Notes: generated by a model from the sequence alone, not told the origin. Positions 8,699 through 17,475 are shown, counted from the stretch's first letter. The stretch is 32,000 nucleotides of DNA from Candidatus Saccharimonadota bacterium (GCF_008189525.1 NZ_CP043314.1:90001-122000); one strand, 5' to 3'. Made by a program: numbers and translations.

Positions 8699-8722
8699 TT
8701 AATGTTCCACGTGGAACATTAA
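8699..8722. repeat. perfect 24-bp palindrome, copy 2 of 2, function unknown
   Basis: TTAATGTTCCACGTGGAACATTAA is self-complementary about the 8710/8711 centre. It overlaps the stop codon (8719-8721) of the minus-strand tsaB. Confidence 0.85.
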
Positions 8723-9255
8723 CTTTGTTTAAAGTCAGGCTTTAAATATGGTTCGTAAATATACAAAGGTTCTTTCAATTTTAAAGCTTTGATTAGTATT
8801 GTGTATCCTATATTTTCTATTACGTTTGTTTTGAAAGTATCATTTTTATCCATAGAGTTGTATGTAATATCTTTATTCAACTCTTCATTCTTTTTTACTT
8901 GCCAGTTTTCAAAGTAATGCAATATAGTGGCTTTATTTAGTTTGATTATAATTGGACTTGGGATTATTTCATCTACAGAAACATTGTTACAAATAATATT
9001 CGGATGGCTTGTTTTTATAGCCATTACAGTTGCAAATGCTATTCTTATACTAGAGAATGAGCCTGGACCTCTTAAAAAAGAAATTCTATTTATTTCACTT
9101 AATGTTATTTTTTCTTCTTGCAATGCATTTGATATTTCTTGTACAAGATTTGTTCTTGCGTTGCTGATTTTTTTAGAATATTTCTTTGTATGGTTTAAAA
9201 AGATTTCTATCACAAAATCTTTATTTATATAAAATAGAACTATAGAGTACATCAA
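8719..9255 (-). CDS. tsaB: tRNA t6A37 modification protein TsaB (YeaZ-like), short form
   Basis: LSEINRISFLRGPGSFSSIRIAFATVMAIK matches the TsaB signature (E. coli [30 protein letters not shown]). The product is 178 aa against about 230 aa typical. The N-terminal IDT-type motif is not conserved. Confidence 0.65.
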   Translation of the reverse strand: MMYSIVLFYINKDFVIEIFLNHTKKYSKKISNARTNLVQEISNALQEEKITLSEINRISFLRGPGSFSSIRIAFATVMAIKTSHPNIICNNVSVDEIIPSPIIIKLNKATILHYFENWQVKKNEELNKDITYNSMDKNDTFKTNVIENIGYTILIKALKLKEPLYIYEPYLKPDFKQS

Positions 9256-9321
9256 TTGGATTTTATTATATTTTGAATACTTAGACTACCTATATTTTTT
9301 TTGACAAGTTAATATTGTTCT

Positions 9322-12105
9322 ATGTACAGAAATAAACTAAAAGAAATAGAAAATAAATCTACAGACTTTTGGAATAAATTACAAATAAATAAATCTGAAA
9401 TCTCTAACAAAGAGCCTTATGTTATATTGGATTTTTTTCCTTATCCAAGTGGTTTCGGTTTACATGTGGGTCACACTTTGGGCTACATAAGTACAGATGT
9501 GAAAGCAAGATTTGAAAGAATGAATGATAAAAATGTACTATATGCAATGGGATTTGATTCTTTTGGATTGCCAGCTGAGCAATATGCTATACAAACTAAT
9601 CAACACCCAGAAATAACTACACAGCAGAATATAAGTAATATGAAAAAGCAGCTAAAGGCTTTGGCTTTGAGTCATGATGAGTCAAGAACTTTTAACACAT
9701 CCGATTCTGATTATTATAAATGGACTCAATGGATGTTCCTAAAAATGTATGATAGTTTTTTTGATAATATAGAAGGAAAAGCTAAGCCTATTTCTGATTT
9801 AGTAGAAATGTTAGATTCTGGAAAATTTACAGTAGAAAATGGAAAATTATATAAAGCCTCAAATTCTGTTAAGTCTATAAACAAAGATAAAGAGGAGATA
9901 ATTTCTTCTATGAGACTGGCTTTCTTAGAGGAAGTAGAAGTGAATTGGTGCCCTAAGCTAGGAACCGTACTTTCTAATGAAGAAGTTAAGAATGGCTTAA
10001 GTGAGAGAGGTAATTATCCTGTAGAAAAAAGACCTATGAAGCAGTGGATGATTAGAATTACTTCCTATGCTGAGAGACTTAATAAGCAGTTGGATATTTT
10101 AGATTGGCCGCAAAATATTGTTTCTATGCAGAAAAATTGGATTGGAGAACAAGAAGGAACAGAGATAGTTTTTTCTACTAAAAAAGGTGATATAAAAATA
10201 TTCACGACAAAGCCTCAAACTTTGTATGGAGTTACTTTTTTGGCAATCTCTTCTAAGCATCCAGTTCTAGGTGGAATGAAAGTTGATGAAAACAAATTCA
10301 CAAACATATATGCAAAGCATCCAATAACAAATGAAGAGATTCCTATTTGGACTGCAGATTATGTGTATTCAGATTATGGAACTGGAGCTGTTATGGCTGT
10401 CCCAGCTCATGATCAAAGGGATTTCGAATTTGCAAAAGAGAATGATATAAAAATAAAATCCGTTTTAAAGCCTGATTACAAATGGTTAGAGGAAAATTAC
10501 TTAGGAAGCGTAAAGCAATCTGAGATTATGCTTGAGTGGGAAAATAATCCTGATAAATTTTCTTCTGCATTCGAGGGGCGAGGAAATTTGATAGATATTG
10601 AACAGTTTGATGTAAATGAATTTTTATCTATAAATAAAGAAAAAAATAAGGTTTTAGAGCATTTGCTTGATAAAGGTTTTGCTAAACAGGTAAAAATGTT
10701 CAAGCTCAGGGATTGGCTTTTTAGTAGACAAAGATATTGGGGAGAGCCATTTCCTATTGTTTATGATTCCAGTGGCAAAGTTTTTCCTATTTGTGAAGAA
10801 GAATTACCTGTTGAGCTTCCTAAACAACATGATTTCTCCCCTAGAGAAGGAAATGACCCAGAGGCACCTTTAGGTAGATCAGCAGATTGGAAAAGTGTTA
10901 AAGGTTCTATTGTAAATGGCAAGTTCACTTCTAAAGTAGGAAATGAAGAGTTTACAAGAGAAATTAATACCATGCCAAATTGGGCTGGGTCATGTTGGTA
11001 TTATTTAAGATATATGGATCCTACGAATAAAATGGAATTTATCTCTAAAGAAGCAATGGAATATTGGTCTTCTTCAAAGGTTGGAGCTATAGATATGTAT
11101 GTTGGAGGAGCAGAGCATGCAGTGTTGCATTTATTGTATGCTAGATTTTGGCACATGTTTTTGTTTGATTTAGGGTATGTAAAAAACAAAGAACCTTTTG
11201 ATAAATTACTTAACCCTGGCATGATCACAGCAGATGCGTATAAAAATGGTAATGATGTTTATATTGATATTAATGATGTTGAAATAAGAAATAAGAAAGC
11301 ATATCAGATCAGTACTGGAGAATTATTGGTGATAGAGCCTGGAAAAATGGGCAAAAGGTACAAAAATGGAATTGATCCTCAAGATATGTGTGATAAATAC
11401 GGTATAGATGTTTTTAGGCTTCATGTTATGTACATGGCTCCAATTACTCAAACTAGAAATTGGAACTCTGACAATATAATTGGAATGGAGAGATTTTTGT
11501 CTAAAGTGTATTCTAAAATATCTTCTATAAAATTACTTGATACAGATTCTGACGAAAATCTTATACACAAAACTATAAAATTTGTGACAAAAGAGATGGA
11601 AGAATTCAGATTTAATACTGCTATTGCAACGTTAATAAAATTTGTAAACGATTCTGATAGTATTTCTCTATCTACTGGTTTAAGTTTTTTGAAAATGCTA
11701 TTTCCATTTGCGCCTCATTTATCAGAATATTTATATCAGTTGCATAGAAATAATCTAAGTATCTTTGATGAGGTTCCTGATCAGCACAAAGAAGGATTAG
11801 ATTCAGATTTGATTGACGAAATAAAAAACAAATCAATATGTATGTCTAAATGGCCAGAATACGACGATTCTAAAACTAAGAATCTATATATGGAAATGCC
11901 TATTACAATCAATGGTAGATTAAGAGATAAAATAAATGTTCCAGTTGATTTAGATGAATCTGAAATAGAGAAGCTTGTTATGGATAGAGAAAAAATTAAA
12001 TCTTTTGTTGCTGGGAAGAATATAAGAAAAAGTATTGTGATTAAGAAGAAAGATCCTAAAGACCCAGATAGGTTGATTAGTATGATTTGTAATTTAGTTA
12101 TATAA
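9322..12105 (+). CDS. leuS: leucyl-tRNA synthetase
   Basis: It has the class I HIGH-type motif PYPSGFGLHVGHTLGY and the KMSKS-type motif GKMGKRYKNGIDP. RDWLFSRQRYWGEPFPIV and the CP1 editing motif AVPAHDQRDFEFA are also present. The N-terminus YRNKLKEIENKSTDFW aligns with E. coli YRPEEIESKVQLHW. Confidence 0.95.
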   Translation: MYRNKLKEIENKSTDFWNKLQINKSEISNKEPYVILDFFPYPSGFGLHVGHTLGYISTDVKARFERMNDKNVLYAMGFDSFGLPAEQYAIQTNQHPEITTQQNISNMKKQLKALALSHDESRTFNTSDSDYYKWTQWMFLKMYDSFFDNIEGKAKPISDLVEMLDSGKFTVENGKLYKASNSVKSINKDKEEIISSMRLAFLEEVEVNWCPKLGTVLSNEEVKNGLSERGNYPVEKRPMKQWMIRITSYAERLNKQLDILDWPQNIVSMQKNWIGEQEGTEIVFSTKKGDIKIFTTKPQTLYGVTFLAISSKHPVLGGMKVDENKFTNIYAKHPITNEEIPIWTADYVYSDYGTGAVMAVPAHDQRDFEFAKENDIKIKSVLKPDYKWLEENYLGSVKQSEIMLEWENNPDKFSSAFEGRGNLIDIEQFDVNEFLSINKEKNKVLEHLLDKGFAKQVKMFKLRDWLFSRQRYWGEPFPIVYDSSGKVFPICEEELPVELPKQHDFSPREGNDPEAPLGRSADWKSVKGSIVNGKFTSKVGNEEFTREINTMPNWAGSCWYYLRYMDPTNKMEFISKEAMEYWSSSKVGAIDMYVGGAEHAVLHLLYARFWHMFLFDLGYVKNKEPFDKLLNPGMITADAYKNGNDVYIDINDVEIRNKKAYQISTGELLVIEPGKMGKRYKNGIDPQDMCDKYGIDVFRLHVMYMAPITQTRNWNSDNIIGMERFLSKVYSKISSIKLLDTDSDENLIHKTIKFVTKEMEEFRFNTAIATLIKFVNDSDSISLSTGLSFLKMLFPFAPHLSEYLYQLHRNNLSIFDEVPDQHKEGLDSDLIDEIKNKSICMSKWPEYDDSKTKNLYMEMPITINGRLRDKINVPVDLDESEIEKLVMDREKIKSFVAGKNIRKSIVIKKKDPKDPDRLISMICNLVI

Positions 12106-12281
12106 AAAACGACTTTAAAATATATATTCAATAAATATAGTTAAATAGTTATGGGTTGTTTGGATTTGCAAAACATAATTTTCTATATTATTTATTTATG
12201 AACCTTATTTTTTAGTTTTGTATTTACGAAATTATTATAACTTGACTCTTCTTTAATGATTTATATTTAAATTATTATCAC

Positions 12282-13004
12282 TTACATAGATTTGTGTACA
12301 GATTTAGCTATTGTGAGTCCAAAAATTTTTTTAGCACCAGAGAGTTTCAGAATCCTAGCACACTCTTCCATAGTTGCTCCAGTTGTTATCATATCATCTA
12401 TTATTAGTATATTTTTACCTTTTATTTCTTGTTTATGTATGCCATTTACTTCAAATGTATCTTTTATATTCTTCTGTCTTTGAAGTTGATTGTAATTGCT
12501 TTGACTTTGGGTGAATTTAGTTTTTAATATTCCAGTTTTAAGAAAAGTTTTGTTGGATATATCAGATACATGTTTTGCTATTAATGAAGTTTGATTGTAC
12601 CCCCTCCAAACCATTTTCCAGAAATGAATTGGAACTGTTACTATTATGTCTGTCCTGTCTAATAACGGCTTTCCGCATGAAACTAGAATCTTTGCAAAGA
12701 ATTTTGCCATATAAGTTGCGTTGTGATTTTTATATAACATGATTATTTTTTTACTAAAGCTATCGTACTTCATGGCTGATTTTATTTTATCTAAGTTGAA
12801 TTCTTTATTTATGCAGCTTGCACATAATGCAAACTCTGATATTTCGTGTGGAAATGGATTAGAGCACCTTATGCAAGAGGGATTGTGTATGAATGTAATT
12901 TCTTTCCAGCAACTATTACATAATCCATCTTCCTGTACTTCATTAGAGCAAGAGTAACAATATTTTGGGTTTATTATATCCACTATACTCTTTAAGTTAA
13001 TCAT
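12282..13004 (-). CDS. comF: ComF family protein (phosphoribosyltransferase-domain, N-terminal Cys-rich zinc-finger-like region)
   Basis: The PRPP-binding motif KNILIIDDMITTGATMEE lies near the C-terminus. The N-terminus has paired CxxC motifs (CYSCSN...CNSCW...CIRCSN...CASC). The start overlaps the tpiA stop (ATGA on the minus strand). Confidence 0.75.
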   Translation of the reverse strand: MINLKSIVDIINPKYCYSCSNEVQEDGLCNSCWKEITFIHNPSCIRCSNPFPHEISEFALCASCINKEFNLDKIKSAMKYDSFSKKIIMLYKNHNATYMAKFFAKILVSCGKPLLDRTDIIVTVPIHFWKMVWRGYNQTSLIAKHVSDISNKTFLKTGILKTKFTQSQSNYNQLQRQKNIKDTFEVNGIHKQEIKGKNILIIDDMITTGATMEECARILKLSGAKKIFGLTIAKSVHKSM

Positions 13005-13903
13005 TTATCTCTTGCTTCTGTATTCTGTGATTTATTATTTGTTAAATTTTTAGCTGTATTATGATTTTCTTTTGTCAAAGAGTTATCATTAAGTAAATCT
13101 TGTTTGTTTTTATATGTATTTGAATCTAAGCTCTTGTTAGAATTCTGATATTTGTTATTTTTTAAATATGAGCTTATTTCATAAATTGTAGGAAAGAAAT
13201 CTGTACTTAAGCTAAATCTACCAAAACAAATTCCATCAAACAAATCTACATAAGGCCATATATTTTCTTTGTTTAAAGATCCTCCATAACATACTTTTCC
13301 TTCTATATTTCTTTCTTTTAATAAGTTCTTTATTTGTTTGAAATCTTCTTCTAATTCATGAATTGGTGCTGCACTTGCTTTGCCTATGTAATGTTTTGGC
13401 TCCAAAATTACAGTTAGTTTATTTATTTGTTTATCACTTAATGATTTGATAAAACTCTTATTTTCTATTAATTTATACAACTCTAAATGATTTTCTACAA
13501 ATATGATTGGAATTAAGTTATTTGTAATAATATCTATAGCATGCTCTGATAAAGAATATTTTTCAGATCTAGTTTCTGAATGTCCACACAAGATATGTGT
13601 ACATAGATCTTTTAGCATTGAGGATGATATATTACCAGTAGAATTCTTACCTACATAATTTGAATTTTGTGCAGATAGAAAAATATTTGAATCTTCTGCT
13701 GTTGGATTATTTTTCTGCTCAGAGTATGTATAGATTGATTTTTTATGATATGAAAAAACTTCATTTAGCATATTTAATGAAACAAAAGGCACAGCAAATA
13801 TATTAGTTATATTGTCTATTTTATTTTGCTTTAAAAAAACATTTAGATCTTGTTCGAAGTTGGGTCTTAAAAACCCTTTCCAGTTTGATATAACAAAAAA
13901 CAC
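13001..13903 (-). CDS. tpiA: triosephosphate isomerase (divergent, with C-terminal low-complexity tail)
   Basis: It has a GTG start. TIM catalytic landmarks are present: ISNWKG (Asn/Lys), ILCGHSETR (His), ILEPKHYIG (Glu) and CYGGSL (phosphate loop). SAQNSNYVGKNSTGNISSSMLKDL aligns with E. coli [25 protein letters not shown]. Confidence 0.8.
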   Translation of the reverse strand: MFFVISNWKGFLRPNFEQDLNVFLKQNKIDNITNIFAVPFVSLNMLNEVFSYHKKSIYTYSEQKNNPTAEDSNIFLSAQNSNYVGKNSTGNISSSMLKDLCTHILCGHSETRSEKYSLSEHAIDIITNNLIPIIFVENHLELYKLIENKSFIKSLSDKQINKLTVILEPKHYIGKASAAPIHELEEDFKQIKNLLKERNIEGKVCYGGSLNKENIWPYVDLFDGICFGRFSLSTDFFPTIYEISSYLKNNKYQNSNKSLDSNTYKNKQDLLNDNSLTKENHNTAKNLTNNKSQNTEARDK

Positions 13904-14048
13904 TAAGTGTATTTTATATAAATATGAACATAATTACAATTTGAATTGTATGTTTGTAATATGTTTTTATAATCAGCAAAGTTAAATTAATTATGTAATT
14001 TTAAAATGAGCTTTTTTATTTCTTCTATATTTATTAAAGTTTCATATA

Positions 14049-14076
14049 TTGATTATTTTTCGATTTTTGCTAGAAT
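14049..14076 (+). promoter_or_regulatory. candidate sigma70-type promoter for tRNA-Glu
   Basis: TTGATT (14049-14054), a 16-nt spacer and TAGAAT (14071-14076) are present, with a TGc extended -10 element at 14068-14070. The -10 ends 8 nt before the mature tRNA 5' end. Confidence 0.45.
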
Positions 14077-14084
14077 GATCATGT

Positions 14085-14157
14085 GCTCCTATCGTCTAGA
14101 GGCCTAGGACGCCACCCTTTCACGGTGGTAGCACGGGTTCGAATCCCGTTAGGAGTG
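14085..14157 (+). tRNA. tRNA-Glu (anticodon UUC)
   Basis: I folded the cloverleaf by hand. The acceptor is GCTCCTA/TAGGAGT (G1-U72 wobble). The D arm is GTCT-AGAGGCCT-AGGAC, as in E. coli tRNA-Glu. The anticodon stem is CCACC/GGTGG with loop CTTTCAC (anticodon TTC at 14119-14121). The variable loop is TAGC and the T arm is ACGGG-TTCGAAT-CCCGT. The discriminator is G, and no CCA is encoded. Confidence 0.9.
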
Positions 14158-14217
14158 CTTTTAATTTAAAATCTCATTTTTTGAATTTTCATTTTTTTTG
14201 CAATTTTAGTGATAGAT

Positions 14218-15156
14218 TTATTTTGTGGAATTTTCTATTTCTCTGATTTTTCTAAGTTTTTCAAAATCTTCATCAGCATGATAAGAAGATCTAGTTAATG
14301 GAGAAGATGAAACTACTAAAAATCCCTTTTGTAAAGCAATGCTTTTATATTCTTTAAAAATTTCTTCAGATATATATTCTTTAACTACATGGTGTTTAGG
14401 GCTGGGTTGTAGATATTGACCTATAGTCATAAAATCTACATTTGCTGCACGAAGATCATCCATTAACTGTATTACTTCTGACATAGTTTCACCCAAACCT
14501 AACATTATTCCTGATTTAGTAAATGTATTTGGATCTAATTTTTTGGCTTCATCAAGTAGTCTGAGTGAATTATAGTAATTAGCTCCGATTCTTACTGTTG
14601 GATAAAGGCTAGGTACAGTTTCTAAGTTGTGATTAAAAACATCTGGTTTAGCTTGCATTACAATTTCTAAGGCACCTTTTTTTCTTAAAAAATCTGGCAC
14701 AAGAATTTCTACAGTAGTTTCTGGGTTCTTTGCTCTAATAGCATGTATTATTTTCTTGTAGTGATTTGCACCACCATCTGGCAAATCATCTCTTGTTACT
14801 GAAGTTACAACTATATGTTTTAGTTTCATATTGAAAACTGTATTTGCTATATTTTCAGGCTCTTCAGGGTCTAATTTTAGAGGTCTTCCGGTTGCGATAT
14901 TGCAAAAAGCACAAGCTCTTGTACATACATTTCCCATTGCTAGTATTGCAGCATGTTTTTTAGACCAACATTCAAGTATGTTAGGACAAGCAGCTTCTTC
15001 GCATACTGTGTGCAGTTTTTTAGTACGCAGCATTTCTTGAAGTTCAGCGCTCATTTGAGTAATTTTGATTCTAGGTTTATATCTTTTACTTAATTGATTA
15101 TCTTGATTTGATTTAGTTTCTTCATTTGGATCTGTTATTTTTATATGAGAAATCAC
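14218..15156 (-). CDS. lipA: lipoyl synthase
   Basis: The N-terminal auxiliary cluster motif is [13 protein letters not shown] and the radical-SAM motif is [13 protein letters not shown]. The product is alignable throughout with E. coli LipA. It has a GTG start. Confidence 0.95.
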   Translation of the reverse strand: MISHIKITDPNEETKSNQDNQLSKRYKPRIKITQMSAELQEMLRTKKLHTVCEEAACPNILECWSKKHAAILAMGNVCTRACAFCNIATGRPLKLDPEEPENIANTVFNMKLKHIVVTSVTRDDLPDGGANHYKKIIHAIRAKNPETTVEILVPDFLRKKGALEIVMQAKPDVFNHNLETVPSLYPTVRIGANYYNSLRLLDEAKKLDPNTFTKSGIMLGLGETMSEVIQLMDDLRAANVDFMTIGQYLQPSPKHHVVKEYISEEIFKEYKSIALQKGFLVVSSSPLTRSSYHADEDFEKLRKIREIENSTK

Positions 15157-15271
15157 TGGAGAATTTTACCATGGAAAAAGTTTGTTCATAAGTGCATATT
15201 GATTTAAAATATATAGTAAGTTTCTATAGGCTATATTATAAAATATTATTATAACTTATTAGTTTGTATGA

Positions 15272-15973
15272 TTACTTTGAATTTATTTTTCTATAAATTA
15301 ATAATCTAGATCCTTCAGGTATATTGTCAGATTTCGCTAAGCTTTTTTGCCCCGCTCCCTTATTAGCTTTTTCATTTACTGCTGTTTTCCTAGATTCATT
15401 ATTAGTTTTTCCATTAGAAAATTGTGTTCTAGGCATTAAAGTAGGAATTTTTTGGCTGTCTTTTTGAGATGTTTTGTGCTTTTTTTTAGGTATATTTTTT
15501 ATATCAAGTGCTTTAGGAGCAAGTCTTGGTTGTGTTGGTGTTTGAATCTGTGAATTCTCTGCAGACTTTCTAATTTCTAAATCTTTTTTAACGCTATCAA
15601 GTATTTTTATTAGAGTTTTATTATCAGGATGTATGCATTCTTTGCGATTTTCATATATATCTATCTTAATAGGTTTTGTTTTTCTGTCACAAAATAGTCC
15701 ATATGCAACAAGGTGATAAGTATCAAGAAGATCTGGGAAGATTATCTCTTGTGGTAAGAGGTGTGGTACATATATTGATGCCATAACTTCATCAGGAATA
15801 TTTGTATATTCTGTGTATAGTTCGCGTACTTCAGAGTAGTTTATATTTTGTGTTGAATAAACTGGCATATAAAATGAAAAAGCTAAGAATAGAAAGCTTA
15901 ATGATTTTCTTGAATTTCGGATATATTTTAAGATCTGATTTTGAGCAAACGTAATATTAAATAATATTTTCAT
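15272..15973 (-). CDS. hypothetical protein with N-terminal signal anchor and Lys-rich disordered tail (ORFan)
   Basis: This is a 233-aa ORF in DNA where stop codons are frequent. It has a hydrophobic segment (SLSFLFLAFSFYMPVYS) near the N-terminus. The C-terminal ~100 aa are K/Q/S/T/P-rich. I recognise no family. Confidence 0.6.
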   Translation of the reverse strand: MKILFNITFAQNQILKYIRNSRKSLSFLFLAFSFYMPVYSTQNINYSEVRELYTEYTNIPDEVMASIYVPHLLPQEIIFPDLLDTYHLVAYGLFCDRKTKPIKIDIYENRKECIHPDNKTLIKILDSVKKDLEIRKSAENSQIQTPTQPRLAPKALDIKNIPKKKHKTSQKDSQKIPTLMPRTQFSNGKTNNESRKTAVNEKANKGAGQKSLAKSDNIPEGSRLLIYRKINSK

Positions 15974-16083
15974 TTCAAGATGATAAAGATTTACTTCAAT
16001 TTTGGCAATAGTGATTGTGAATAAAGCTTTAATAAAAGTAGGGATGCGCTATATTTCTAAATATTGATTGTTAGCTTTTAATA

Positions 16084-17475
16084 TTAATTCTCTTTTAGTG
16101 AGATAATTACAAATCTTTGAGCTAAATAGGCTAATTTTGAATAATGTATATTATCTTCTTGTAGGCACATTTTTTCATAGTGTGTTTTTATTTTTCCATC
16201 TTGTCTTTCAAAAACCATTGTATAATTCTCTGTTTTTCCTGATATTAATACATTTCTACTTTCACCGGATTTATGGATAACTATAATTCTAGCCTGCTCT
16301 TGATCATTGCATAGAATTCTGAATATTGAAAATTTTTTCATGTACAAAGCACCTTCTGGCCCTAATATATTTAATGCATATATTAATTTTTCTCTTAATT
16401 CTTTTGTCGTGCCATTAAGTGCTTCTATTTCTGTGCCATTAACTGTTCTTATTTTTACTAGATTAGCAATCCTATCTTTCATTGACTCTATTTCCAGATC
16501 TTTTTTTTCATTACTTTTTTGGGAAAGTCTAAGCGATTCTTCGGAGCTTTTGTGCTGCTTTTCTAGAATATCTATTTGTAATTTAAGCTGTTTTGAGGAT
16601 AATGCAGAGCACTCTTTTTCTGATTTCGTTAGATCTTCTTGTGTTTTGTTTAGCTCTGTTAAGCGTATTTTATCTTTTTCATAAGATTGGTTAAGTTTAG
16701 TTAATTCTTCGATTTGCTTCTTACTTAATTCTATAGATAAGTCTTTTTGTTCATTTCTTAGTTTAGAAACTTCAAGAGCTTTTTCCAGAGCTTCATATCT
16801 TAGTTTTAGTTCCTTAGTTTTTCCAATACTTGATATTTCTAGTACTTTTAGTTTTTGCTCAGCAATTTCTAGCTTTTTTTCTAATACAGTTTTCTCACTT
16901 TTAAGATTAATATTTTCAAGACTTAATTTGTGTTTTTCATTAACGAGATTCTGCTGTTCGCTTAAAAGACTTAAGTTTTGCGTAGATAATTTGACTTGTT
17001 GTTTTGCAAGTGACATACCTTGCTCTGTAAGATTTCCATTTTGTATTACAAGATCTCTATTTTTCTTTGCTAGTTCTAAATCTGCACTTACTTGTTCTAT
17101 TTTTCTTCGTAAGTCTTGTTGTGATGTTGCGAAGGTTAAGTTTGTAGATTCAGAGGCTAAATCCCAGTTAGCAAAATTTATTCCATTTAAATTTATTGCT
17201 TCTCCTTCCTCTCCATCTCTTACACTTGGATCTGCTAATTCTAGTTGTGCTAAATTTTCTGCATTCAATCTCTGAGTTTGTGTTTCATTTTCACTCGATG
17301 TTGTGCTATCAATATTTGTTTGATTATCATTTTTTAGAAACATATCTTCTAGAATATCTTCTATACAAATTGGGGTTGCAGAGCCTGGGTTTGATTCTGA
17401 TAAACTGTTCCCACCCTTTATATAAAATCCATTATATAACATTAGAATAGAAATGATTTTCTTAAAAATATTCAT
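16084..17475 (-). CDS. exported coiled-coil protein, family A paralog A1 (ORFan)
   Basis: This is a 463-aa ORF with RBS AGGAG 7 nt upstream of the ATG. The N-terminus MNIFKKIISILMLYNGFYIKGG is signal-peptide-like. It shares the WDL-S-STN box and the RYxxLE...R(N/H)E(Q/T)KDLS box with A2 and A3. About 250 aa are E/K/L/Q/N-rich and Pro/Gly-poor. Confidence 0.8.
   Translation of the reverse strand: MNIFKKIISILMLYNGFYIKGGNSLSESNPGSATPICIEDILEDMFLKNDNQTNIDSTTSSENETQTQRLNAENLAQLELADPSVRDGEEGEAINLNGINFANWDLASESTNLTFATSQQDLRRKIEQVSADLELAKKNRDLVIQNGNLTEQGMSLAKQQVKLSTQNLSLLSEQQNLVNEKHKLSLENINLKSEKTVLEKKLEIAEQKLKVLEISSIGKTKELKLRYEALEKALEVSKLRNEQKDLSIELSKKQIEELTKLNQSYEKDKIRLTELNKTQEDLTKSEKECSALSSKQLKLQIDILEKQHKSSEESLRLSQKSNEKKDLEIESMKDRIANLVKIRTVNGTEIEALNGTTKELREKLIYALNILGPEGALYMKKFSIFRILCNDQEQARIIVIHKSGESRNVLISGKTENYTMVFERQDGKIKTHYEKMCLQEDNIHYSKLAYLAQRFVIISLKEN

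Noticed and set aside
8175-8722. I considered the palindromes as ordinary rho-independent terminators, or as a XerC/D dif site.
   Set aside because: On the terminator idea, there is no loop in a perfect palindrome. The T-tract after the rplQ copy is interrupted, and the tsaB-side copy is followed by A-rich rather than U-rich RNA. Two independently evolved terminators would also not share an identical 20-mer. On the dif idea, there is no CATAAT-N6-ATTATG-like arms-and-spacer organisation. Neither idea is fully excluded, so the pair is kept as a finding with an open interpretation.
8927-9232. A 101-aa plus-strand ORF is present.
   Set aside because: It is antisense to tsaB, which carries the GPGSF signature. 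The product is hydrophobic and low-complexity.
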